A stretch of 64,000 nucleotides of DNA, taken from a virus. The translations under genes were made by a program, and so were the position numbers. The DNA lies in IMG/VR virus record IMGVR_UViG_3300029319_000017, positions 1 through 64,000 of that record; one strand, given 5' to 3'. Below are positions 9,069 to 17,666 of the stretch, in pieces. Numbering within the stretch: the first letter of the stretch is position 1; every line of letters begins with the position of its first letter. The notes beneath the pieces were generated by a model, which saw only the letters and a list, made by a program, of their open reading frames with translations, made no database searches and had not been told where the DNA came from.

Positions 9069-9836
9069 ATGGCTATAACAAGCAACAATTCAGATCAAGA
9101 AGTTATGGGTGGCATTAAAAGCTACTCAGGATTATCAAACTTCAACGTAATAGCAGTAAACCCTACAATGCAGGAGTTACATGCTATGGATATTAAAGTA
9201 AGACAAGAACCTAATTATTTCTTAGAACTAAATGGTGAAGATTACTTTAAGCTAACGTTTTGGGTTAAGAATGAAGATCTAACAACTAGAATGGAAATCT
9301 TAATGCAAAACAAAGCTAGAACTAGTAAAACTGGTAAGTTTCAATGGTTAAATGCAGTAGGTCAGTCTACATGGGCAGAAGACAAGCCTGATTACGACTG
9401 GTGGCAAAAGCCAGAAACATCAAGAAAAGCTTTTGGTGGTGAAGAAACTTTAATTAACTTTGTCAAAGCATGGGCTAACGTAGCGCCAGGCGGTGATGTA
9501 TACTTTGAGACTATTGACAAGATAGTACAAGGTGACATTTCAGAGCTTAAACAGTTGATTACAGTTCTAAAAAACAATCAAGTTCGTTTACTAGTGGGTG
9601 TTAAAGATGGCAAATATCAACAAGTGTATACTAAGGTATTTGGTAGAATTAAACCACAAAGAGACGACCTATTTGTTAAGTCACTAAATGATGAGTATGG
9701 ATCATTTAACGCAGAATTTGCTACTGACCTTAAATGGGGTGAGTTTAAACCTGAGTTAGCTGTTGTATCTCCTGACCCTAGTGGTGTAGAAGATCTTCCG
9801 TTCTCTTCTAGTGATGAAGACAAAGATTGGGTATAA
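9069..9836 (+). CDS. putative single-stranded DNA-binding protein
   Basis: 255 aa; acidic tail EDLPF...DEDKDWV typical of SSBs; located between the Sak4-like ATPase and primase. Confidence 0.6.
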   Translation: MAITSNNSDQEVMGGIKSYSGLSNFNVIAVNPTMQELHAMDIKVRQEPNYFLELNGEDYFKLTFWVKNEDLTTRMEILMQNKARTSKTGKFQWLNAVGQSTWAEDKPDYDWWQKPETSRKAFGGEETLINFVKAWANVAPGGDVYFETIDKIVQGDISELKQLITVLKNNQVRLLVGVKDGKYQQVYTKVFGRIKPQRDDLFVKSLNDEYGSFNAEFATDLKWGEFKPELAVVSPDPSGVEDLPFSSSDEDKDWV

Positions 9837-9842
9837 ATAACT

Positions 9843-9913
9843 AAGAAAGTGTATAATTATTTTGGTGCTAAGGATTGAATCAGAATAGCCCGCGGGCAGT
9901 TATACACTTTCTT
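9843..9913. repeat. inverted repeat / hairpin 1 (14-bp perfect stem)
   Basis: AAGAAAGTGTATAA (9843-9856) and TTATACACTTTCTT (9900-9913); loop contains palindrome GCCCGCGGGC. Confidence 0.9.
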
Positions 9914-9920
9914 TTCAATG

Positions 9921-10000
9921 ACTATACAAGTGAGGTTGTAATATTATATTAACATCCTGTTATACTTTGTGAAACTTGTTACGTTCCTCACTTGTATAGT
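9921..10000. repeat. inverted repeat / hairpin 2 (15-bp perfect stem)
   Basis: ACTATACAAGTGAGG (9921-9935) and CCTCACTTGTATAGT (9986-10000). Confidence 0.9.
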
Positions 10001-10020
10001 TTTATTTAACACACATTGAT

Positions 10021-11016
10021 ATGATAACATCGAGACCAAGTAATGATATATTACACACAGAAACAATACTGGAAAAAATAACAGAATTTGATATATTTAA
10101 ATATTATTGTCCTGTATTTACAAAGCTTAGTAAAAAGTTTTGTAGTGAACTTAGACAAGACAAACGCCCTTCAGCATCTATAGTTGCATATAACGGTAAT
10201 TTGTTATATAAAGACTTTGGGTATCCTGATCATACGTTTAATTGTTTTGGATATGTTCAATATAAGTACGGACTTACATTTACTGATGCGTTAATTCAGA
10301 TTAGTAATGACTTTAATTTAAGGCTGGCTACTACTAATGGAATAGTGCGGTCCAAGCCTCCTAAACTGTACGGAAATCAAATAATAGACCAAAAAGTTAC
10401 TATTATTAAGATAAAAAGTAGAGATTGGGACATAAATGATGCTAATTTCTGGAAACCCTTTCATATAAGTAAAAAAATTTTGCGTAACTTTGCAGTTAAG
10501 CCTATCTCATATTATTGGATAAATGAAAATAGATTCAAAGCTAAAACTCCTACTTATGCTTTTAGGTTTAACACTAAAATTAAAATTTACGCTCCTTATG
10601 AAACAGAAAACAAATGGTTTAGTAACACTAATAAAGAAATCGTTCAAGGCTATGATCAACTTCCTAGTGAAGGTAATGTGCTATGTATTACATCTTCCCT
10701 TAAAGATGTTATGTGCCTTTTCGCTATGCGCGTGCACTCCATCGCAATGCAGAGTGAGATGCAGTTGCCAAATGGGATGCTCATGCAAGTACTTAGACAA
10801 AGATTCAAAAAAATAGTGATACTATACGATAACGACAAACCTGGACAAACAATGGCTAATAAAATATGTAATGAATATCAATTAGATAATCTATGTATTC
10901 CAAGAGATTGGGGTGCAAAAGACATATCTGATGCCATTGTTGTTCATGGTTTTAGTAAGGTGAAACAATTTATATATGAGAAGATACAAACGCAAAAAGG
11001 GAAAAATCCAGAGTAA
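10021..11016 (+). CDS. dnaG: DNA primase (crAss-type DnaG, TOPRIM)
   Basis: N-terminal S.LR.D..PS...YKDFG; TOPRIM ITSSLKDVM...YDNDKPG; KDISD. Confidence 0.88.
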   Translation: MITSRPSNDILHTETILEKITEFDIFKYYCPVFTKLSKKFCSELRQDKRPSASIVAYNGNLLYKDFGYPDHTFNCFGYVQYKYGLTFTDALIQISNDFNLRLATTNGIVRSKPPKLYGNQIIDQKVTIIKIKSRDWDINDANFWKPFHISKKILRNFAVKPISYYWINENRFKAKTPTYAFRFNTKIKIYAPYETENKWFSNTNKEIVQGYDQLPSEGNVLCITSSLKDVMCLFAMRVHSIAMQSEMQLPNGMLMQVLRQRFKKIVILYDNDKPGQTMANKICNEYQLDNLCIPRDWGAKDISDAIVVHGFSKVKQFIYEKIQTQKGKNPE

Positions 11017-11410
11017 AAAAACCACAGTAGACGGAATAAAATTTAGATCAAAATTAGAAGCATTTACTTATAAAAAACTAAAAGAAGCTGGTATTAAACA
11101 AGAATATGAAAGTGAAAGATACACACTTCTTGAAGGTTTTTATTACACATCAGATGCTTACGAACAATCAACAACAGGTTATAAAAACAGAGGAGAAGAA
11201 AAGGTTAGAGCAATAACATATACGCCTGACTTTCTTTGTCCCGATCGTGCATGGATTATAGAATGCAAAGGTTATGCTAATGATAGATTCCCATTAAAGT
11301 GGAAGATGTTTAAAAAACTTTTGAAAGAAACTAATCCTAATTGTAAACTGTTTGTACCTAAAAATCAAAAACAGGTACTCGAAACTGTAGAAATAATTAA
11401 AAATTTATGA
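10976..11410 (+). CDS. PD-(D/E)XK endonuclease, T7 endonuclease I-like (Holliday junction resolvase)
   Basis: FRSKLE...YE...YTPDF...IIECKG. Confidence 0.85.
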   Translation: MRRYKRKKGKIQSKKTTVDGIKFRSKLEAFTYKKLKEAGIKQEYESERYTLLEGFYYTSDAYEQSTTGYKNRGEEKVRAITYTPDFLCPDRAWIIECKGYANDRFPLKWKMFKKLLKETNPNCKLFVPKNQKQVLETVEIIKNL

Positions 11411-11411
11411 C

Positions 11412-11756
11412 ATGAATCAAATGGAGAATGTAACTCCAGTCCATGAATGGGTTGATGAGTTACGGCCAGGCGATTTAATTAGAGTGTCTTACAATTCAGG
11501 CAGTCATTATATAGGACTGTTTAAATCTCGTAGGATAAAAACTAATGGGGCTGTATTATATTATTATGATATGCCTGGCCCTATGGTTAAAGACTTTAAA
11601 GATTGCTGGTATCAAAAAAGGCTAGAGGAAAAACTTCCTCCAGTCTCGTATATCTATGGATATACATATAAAAATAGGATACATCCTGCACAAGAGTGGA
11701 TGTTGACTAAAGTTCAAAAAGAATATTACAACAAATTAAAAGAATTTATAAAATGA
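11412..11756 (+). CDS. hypothetical protein
   Basis: 114-aa ORF with ATGA overlap into rIIA. Confidence 0.65.
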   Translation: MNQMENVTPVHEWVDELRPGDLIRVSYNSGSHYIGLFKSRRIKTNGAVLYYYDMPGPMVKDFKDCWYQKRLEEKLPPVSYIYGYTYKNRIHPAQEWMLTKVQKEYYNKLKEFIK

Positions 11757-14587
11757 GTATTAAAACTATTGATCGTGACATCCAAAGTGGACAAGAGGGT
11801 GTCAAAAAGAAAATCAACAAAGGTGCTGAAAAGCTAGTCTTTGATATTCTTCAAGCGTCTCAGTACTCCCAGCCAATTCCATCAACAGTTAGAGAGTTAA
11901 CTACAAATGCATGTGACTCTCAACGTGAAAAGGAAATGGCCCTAGAGATACTAAGAGGTACAAAGAAAGCAGAAGACTACTATATTCAGCGAGAAGGAGA
12001 AGCTTACGCAGACAGTAACTTTGACCCTTCATATTACAGTAAAGATTATTTAAATCTTGATGAACATAAAGTACATCTTACATATAAACAGAATGAAGGT
12101 ACTGGATTTTGTGATAAATTTACTGTACTAGATCGTGGTGTAGGTATTGGTGGTAGAAGGTTAGAAGGAATTCTAGAGCTAGGTTATTCTACGAAAAGAA
12201 ATACTAGCGAGAATTTTGGCGCATTTGGTTTAGGTGCAAAAGTAGCACTTTCAACAGGCGTTGATTTTTATACTATTACAACTGTACACAATGGTAAAAA
12301 GTTTAAATGTAACTGTTATAACTATAAAACAGATTTTATTATACCTAAGTTTAATTTAACAACTGGTAAAGAGAATCCGTTTATAACATTTTCAGATGGG
12401 ACTAAAGTTTATTATGAAGAAACATATGCTCTTAATTATACTGAAATAAGTTTTGGTGTAAAAAGACACAATAGATCTAGATTTAGAGATGCTGTAGAAG
12501 AACAGTTACTTTATATAGATAATGTTGTGTTTGAAATAGAAGACGAAGAGGGTGACATAGAAAACGTAGAGTTTCACGCTGATGTGTTACACAACTCTAA
12601 GAATCTTATTATTTCTAATAGTTATGTATTTAGTAGACCGCATATTCTGATTGTAAAAGATCAGAATGCTACTACAGGTATTAACTATGGCCATATTAAC
12701 TTTAGAGAGCTAGAAATGGAAGGTCTTTATGGTGCTGTTGCATTTAAGTGTCCCATGAGACAAGTAATGAGAGATCCAGATACTGGTGAAGAAATTGTTC
12801 TTCAAGAAGGTGTAGATGTTACTCCGTCTCGTGAGAAAGTTATATGGAACGAGTCTACTAAAAACTATGTGCAGCAACTTATTAAGGAAGCAGCATTAGA
12901 GGCTACAGAATTAGTTCAAAACAAATTAGATGAAGAAGATTTTGTTAAGTGGATTTACAAATGTAAAAATGTAATGCACTATAGCAGACTTGACGATGAC
13001 AATAATAGTGATTTAGTTCTTAAAAAACTAGCTAATATTATTGACAAAGATATGTTGTCTCCTTTCTTTCCTGGTAACAAATCTATAAAGTTTGGTACTC
13101 TTCAAAAAGTGTTTGGTAAAAAGACAGACATTAAGAAGATTACTATAGAACGAGATTGGAATACTAAGAAAGAAACTGTTAAGCGACAAGATCTTGAGTC
13201 TTGGGAACAGTTTGGTTATCACAATAACAAAATTTATATCAAAGGAATAGATACACAATTTGATTGGCGTAAAGATTCTTATGTTATAAAACAATTAGCA
13301 GTTGGTGATACTTTGTATGTTGTTACAGAAACTGATGGCACAGATGTTGAGCGTGTTGCTGCTATTGGTAATATCTCTGATGACAAAGAGCGTGATAGAC
13401 AAATGAAATTTTATCAAAAAGATAAAAAACGTATTCAAGATGCTATGACTGCGCTTAGAACTTCAGAAGGTATGTCGTACTATGAAGATATTGAGGTAGA
13501 CGAAGAATGGTTAGCTGAATATAAAAAAGAAGCTAAACAAAGAGAAGAGGTTGCAGCAATGTCACATTTATCTCCAGAAGAAAGACGTAAGATACAAGAA
13601 CGTATGGTAGCATATACTTTACGTGAGTGTACTAAATATCGTGGGTCTTCTACTGCTAGCCCGACAGGCTATATATGGGATAAGGTAGAGCCTAGAACTT
13701 CTGATCTTATGAATACAGAGACTAGAACATATTATGGTACTAAAGAAGATGAAGAATCATTAATACTAGCAGCTGATATTCTTAATCGTCAAAATCCTAC
13801 ACATAAAGACGTGTGGCCTAATAGAAGTAATAACTATGATGAGCAGAATGATAGACCTGTTTATTTTTGGGAATATCCTCCTACTAGGACTTATTCTGGT
13901 GATGAGCCTTCAGAAGGGTATTTTGATAAACCAAACTTAGAATGGGATAGACCACAGCTTATTAGAGTTAACTCTAAAGTAGCTAAACACATGGCAACTA
14001 ATCCTAATTGTAAGCATATTGATGAGTTCTTTTACACTGCTACGGATACTAATCATTTTAGTGTAGATCCTACTATTGTTAGATGGTATACAGGTTATTG
14101 CATGAGGCTTGAAAATGACAAGTTTATGGGTAACATGGAAGCTGTTAACAAAGAGATGTATGAAAACTATGAACAAATTCAAGAATACATTGCATCTACA
14201 ACAGGATTTCATACTATGGAAAATTATCTAAAGAAACCTCAGATGAAGATGTTTAAGAAAATGATAGATTTTAACGCATTTCTTGACACTCTTAACCAGG
14301 ATGATCCAGATGCTATTACAGCTAAAGCTAGAGAACTCTTTGTATTTACAGACGTAACATGTAATAATGTTGTAGACAAAGATATGATTATAGCTTTTGA
14401 GGATTTATTATTGTATTTAGAACCTATTGCTTTGTTTTTGAACTCTATTGATGGTATACATCATAAAATAAATGATGCAAATACAGGCGATGAGTATTCT
14501 AAACAACTTAATGAATATCTTAGATTTAAACAACGATTAGGTTGGAAACCACCTATCAATTTATTAACTTTAAACAAAAATAATTAA
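11753..14587 (+). CDS. rIIA: rIIA-like protein (N-terminal GHKL ATPase)
   Basis: VRELTTNACDS, DRGVG, STKR...GAFGLGAK, DVTPSRE; followed by an rIIB-like gene. Confidence 0.85.
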   Translation: MSIKTIDRDIQSGQEGVKKKINKGAEKLVFDILQASQYSQPIPSTVRELTTNACDSQREKEMALEILRGTKKAEDYYIQREGEAYADSNFDPSYYSKDYLNLDEHKVHLTYKQNEGTGFCDKFTVLDRGVGIGGRRLEGILELGYSTKRNTSENFGAFGLGAKVALSTGVDFYTITTVHNGKKFKCNCYNYKTDFIIPKFNLTTGKENPFITFSDGTKVYYEETYALNYTEISFGVKRHNRSRFRDAVEEQLLYIDNVVFEIEDEEGDIENVEFHADVLHNSKNLIISNSYVFSRPHILIVKDQNATTGINYGHINFRELEMEGLYGAVAFKCPMRQVMRDPDTGEEIVLQEGVDVTPSREKVIWNESTKNYVQQLIKEAALEATELVQNKLDEEDFVKWIYKCKNVMHYSRLDDDNNSDLVLKKLANIIDKDMLSPFFPGNKSIKFGTLQKVFGKKTDIKKITIERDWNTKKETVKRQDLESWEQFGYHNNKIYIKGIDTQFDWRKDSYVIKQLAVGDTLYVVTETDGTDVERVAAIGNISDDKERDRQMKFYQKDKKRIQDAMTALRTSEGMSYYEDIEVDEEWLAEYKKEAKQREEVAAMSHLSPEERRKIQERMVAYTLRECTKYRGSSTASPTGYIWDKVEPRTSDLMNTETRTYYGTKEDEESLILAADILNRQNPTHKDVWPNRSNNYDEQNDRPVYFWEYPPTRTYSGDEPSEGYFDKPNLEWDRPQLIRVNSKVAKHMATNPNCKHIDEFFYTATDTNHFSVDPTIVRWYTGYCMRLENDKFMGNMEAVNKEMYENYEQIQEYIASTTGFHTMENYLKKPQMKMFKKMIDFNAFLDTLNQDDPDAITAKARELFVFTDVTCNNVVDKDMIIAFEDLLLYLEPIALFLNSIDGIHHKINDANTGDEYSKQLNEYLRFKQRLGWKPPINLLTLNKNN

Positions 14588-14589
14588 TT

Positions 14590-15768
14590 ATGATTTCAAT
14601 AAATGTTATCGATGACAAGATCTCAGGATCTTATGGTGACAAAACATTTTGTATAGACTTTAATAAAGAAGTCTATACAAAAATGTTAGAATTAGCAGAA
14701 AAAGCTAATACTGCAGTCACAATGGAGGATTATAAAGCTGTTATAGAGCAGTTTGAGCCTCTTACAATTCAAGATTATACTAAAACTGTTCAAGATAAGT
14801 GTGAATTTATCCATGTAAACAAAAGTACAGGTGAATTCTTCTTACAACATAATGGTGTAGTATCATCTATACCTATGCCTGAAGCATTGGTAGAAAGAAT
14901 CTATGAGTCTATGGACAAAGGATTAGATTTTATGCCATTAGTTAAAATGTGGACTAGATGGTTAAGAAACCCTGTTCTTCGTACTAAAATGAAGAAAGGA
15001 TGGGGTAAAGAGTTTTGTGAAAGATTCTTTAACTACATTAATCTTAGATATGTTCATCCACAGCTAAAGAAAGAGCTAATGGAAGAGCACGGTTTAAGTG
15101 AAGAAGTTGCAGAAAGAAGAGCTACTATGTATCAAATGAAAATAACCAAAGAAGGTTTACTAAATGGTTACAAAGTATCTCACGAGATTCTAACTAAATT
15201 TAAAGAAGGTGAAGACGGTGAAGTTCAAGAAGTACCAAGGTACAAAAGAACATTTAACGTTGACACTGGTGAGATAGAATCAGAAGGATTGCCAGAACAT
15301 GTAGAAGACAGATTGTTTCAGCCTGCTATTATGGGCTCAAGCGGTGATGCTTTTTACTGTGAAGGTAGTAATGGTTATGCTAACCCACAACACTTTATAA
15401 AAGTTGGTTGTACTCATAGATTACCTGATTGGAGCTATGTTAACACTAATGATCGTCAATCATGTGTTAAAGGTCTTCACTTTGGTGGTCTAGAATACAT
15501 TAACTGTATAAGTGGTGAGATACATAACATTTTTGTAGACCCAATGCATATTGGTGCAGTACCTGATGACGAAACAGGTGCAGCTAGATGTCTTCAATAT
15601 TTTGTACACTCTTCGCTAGCAGGTGTAAATGGTTCTATATATCATAGTTCTACTTATGCAGCTAAGACTGATGAGCAGTGGGCTGAAATGCGCGCTAAGA
15701 TTGTAGAAGAGTATGACGCTTCTACTACAGAGCGAGGTAAAGAGGTTGGTGAGTTAACTAATCTTTAA
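14590..15768 (+). CDS. rIIB: rIIB-like protein
   Basis: PL.K.W....NP; IT.EG...GYK; C..GLH.G..Y; VDP....VP.D...RC. Confidence 0.85.
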   Translation: MISINVIDDKISGSYGDKTFCIDFNKEVYTKMLELAEKANTAVTMEDYKAVIEQFEPLTIQDYTKTVQDKCEFIHVNKSTGEFFLQHNGVVSSIPMPEALVERIYESMDKGLDFMPLVKMWTRWLRNPVLRTKMKKGWGKEFCERFFNYINLRYVHPQLKKELMEEHGLSEEVAERRATMYQMKITKEGLLNGYKVSHEILTKFKEGEDGEVQEVPRYKRTFNVDTGEIESEGLPEHVEDRLFQPAIMGSSGDAFYCEGSNGYANPQHFIKVGCTHRLPDWSYVNTNDRQSCVKGLHFGGLEYINCISGEIHNIFVDPMHIGAVPDDETGAARCLQYFVHSSLAGVNGSIYHSSTYAAKTDEQWAEMRAKIVEEYDASTTERGKEVGELTNL

Positions 15769-15775
15769 TGTTAAT

Positions 15776-15793
15776 GGGGCCTTCGGGCCCCTT
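15776..15793 (+). terminator. cUUCGg tetraloop hairpin (terminator or RNA-stabilising stem)
   Basis: GGGGCC-TTCG-GGCCCC immediately after the rIIB stop; U-tract is weak. Confidence 0.6.
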
Positions 15794-15805
15794 AAATTTA
15801 TAAAT

Positions 15806-16579
15806 ATGGAAGAACTAGATATACTGCAGCTACCAGACAATGGACCAGTTGCACTAATAGATGCAGACAGTTTATTATACTACGAAATGGGTAAGCCAAC
15901 ATTAGAAGAGGCTATCGAGGGTATAAATAATAGATTGTTTCATATGCTAGCAATGTGCGGTACAAGCAGATTTGCAGGTTTTCTAACTTTATCTAGATGT
16001 TTTAGGTATAAGGTTGCAGAAACTAAATCCTATAAACATAATAGAAAAGGCGGGTCTAAACCTCCTATATTCTATGCGCTACGTGAGTATGTGCAACAAG
16101 AATGGGGTTTTACTCATGTGCCTGGGTTAGAAGCAGATGATCTTGTAGCCGTGTATGCAAAGCCTAGTGGTACAGTCATATGCAGCCCTGATAAAGATGT
16201 GTTATATCAAGTCGCAGGTAAACATTTTAATTTTAGAACATCAGAATTTGTTAAAACATCTAAACTAGATGCTAATAGGTTTTTATGGAAGCAGACCTTA
16301 ATGGGTGATCCTACAGATGGAATAGGCGGGATACCAAAGGTTGGTCCTAAGACTGCAGACAAATTATTAAACAAAATTAAAGTTGGATTTGAGAAAGTTG
16401 TTCTAGAAAAATATGTAGAAAAGTTTGGATATTACGAAGGAGTTTGTAAATTTACAGAAACATTCAAACTTGTACATATTCTGAAAACAATTGACCAGGT
16501 CAAGGATGCAACAGGCATTGATTTGGAACCACTGGCTATAACTGATGTTAAACACTTAAATATTACTTATGCCAGTTAA
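15806..16579 (+). CDS. 5'-3' exonuclease (T7 gp6 / FEN-like)
   Basis: LIDADS, FR..YK.NR, EADD, PDKD, GDPTDGI.G.P.VG.KTA. Confidence 0.92.
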   Translation: MEELDILQLPDNGPVALIDADSLLYYEMGKPTLEEAIEGINNRLFHMLAMCGTSRFAGFLTLSRCFRYKVAETKSYKHNRKGGSKPPIFYALREYVQQEWGFTHVPGLEADDLVAVYAKPSGTVICSPDKDVLYQVAGKHFNFRTSEFVKTSKLDANRFLWKQTLMGDPTDGIGGIPKVGPKTADKLLNKIKVGFEKVVLEKYVEKFGYYEGVCKFTETFKLVHILKTIDQVKDATGIDLEPLAITDVKHLNITYAS

Positions 16580-17309
16580 ATGTAAGACAGTCTTATTTAA
16601 TATCTTGAATGCAAGAACAGTAAGACTAACAGGTGGTACGAAAGCTATAAATCCCCACTCTTTTGATGATGAGATAGTTTCTCTTGAAATGCCTAAAGGT
16701 AAAATTATTTCTTTAGGAGAAACTGTCTCTGTCAAAAGTAAAAAGTATAAGGTTAATTATATTGATAAATCTTATAAAGGGAACGTTTTAGTGTATGATT
16801 TACACATAGCTAAACCCAACAAATCAAACATATTTATATTACCAATGTTAAGTGGAGAAAGGAATTTGTATTTTTATAATACACACCTTGTCAATGTCTT
16901 TGTAGGGACAATAGAAAATGAAGGCTGTATTGCTTTACTATATAGATGGAGTAAAGATCCCTTATTTCTAAAATTCGAGGCTGCTATAAAACAGTTTAGA
17001 AGCTACATAGACATGGAAGACCACGATCAATTTGTATTATATTTGTTTGACGTACCTATGGGACAAACACAGAACTATAAAAGATTTTTAAACGGAAAAT
17101 ACTCAGAGTTAAGCACAAAATATAAGACACAATTACTTAAATTTCACGGAATGGATATAGATAGCCAAATAGGACAAATATTATTTAAAAGTGAAAAACG
17201 AAAACACAGACTAGAAACTATGTTAGGATGTATGCTAGATGACGATGCAGAGTTGTACAGCATTATAGATCCAAAAACAGAATTGTTTAATCCTAAAATT
17301 TATATATAA
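16569..17309 (+). CDS. hypothetical protein (246 aa)
   Basis: Long ORF overlapping both neighbours. Confidence 0.75.
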   Translation: MPVKCKTVLFNILNARTVRLTGGTKAINPHSFDDEIVSLEMPKGKIISLGETVSVKSKKYKVNYIDKSYKGNVLVYDLHIAKPNKSNIFILPMLSGERNLYFYNTHLVNVFVGTIENEGCIALLYRWSKDPLFLKFEAAIKQFRSYIDMEDHDQFVLYLFDVPMGQTQNYKRFLNGKYSELSTKYKTQLLKFHGMDIDSQIGQILFKSEKRKHRLETMLGCMLDDDAELYSIIDPKTELFNPKIYI

Positions 17310-17626
17310 TGAACTTCGATGATAACTTAGACAAACAAGTAAAAGAAATTACTGATTTACTAAAATTTAAAAACCAGTCATATGGTAACAGCGCATTAGA
17401 ACCTGCTAATATCTTTAGCCAAGCTAATGCCATTGACTCGTTGTCTGCTAGAATAGATGACAAGTTAATGCGTATTAAAAACAAAGGAATTTACGATGCA
17501 ACTGAAGATACCCTTAAGGACCTAGTAGGTTATTTGCTGCTGTTACTTATGGCTATTGAAGATAGAGACAAAAAAGAAAAGGTAGAATCTAAAACTTCGT
17601 TTTCTAACTCTACCCTTCAAATTTAA
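17309..17626 (+). CDS. DUF1599-like (nucleotide-modification-associated, MazG-like fold) protein
   Basis: KN..YGNS...RI.DKL.RI...DTL.DL.GY. Confidence 0.7.
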   Translation: MNFDDNLDKQVKEITDLLKFKNQSYGNSALEPANIFSQANAIDSLSARIDDKLMRIKNKGIYDATEDTLKDLVGYLLLLLMAIEDRDKKEKVESKTSFSNSTLQI

Positions 17627-17627
17627 T

Positions 17628-17666
17628 ATAGGAGGGCCTTTCAATTTTATGGGAGGCCCTTTTATT
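17628..17666. terminator. terminator hairpin between the convergent replication and structural blocks
   Basis: AGGGCCT (17633-17639) pairs with AGGCCCT (17654-17660), extendable by G-U pairs, then TTTATT; lies at the strand switch. Confidence 0.7.

Noticed and set aside
9843-10000. tRNA gene or CRISPR mini-array in the intergenic hairpins
   Set aside because: No T-loop GTTCRA or cloverleaf, and no repeated direct-repeat/spacer units.
17309-17626. DNA hypermodification pathway implied by the DUF1599-like gene
   Set aside because: No accompanying thymidylate synthase-like, glycosyltransferase, PurZ or 7-deazaguanine genes in this window; insufficient support.
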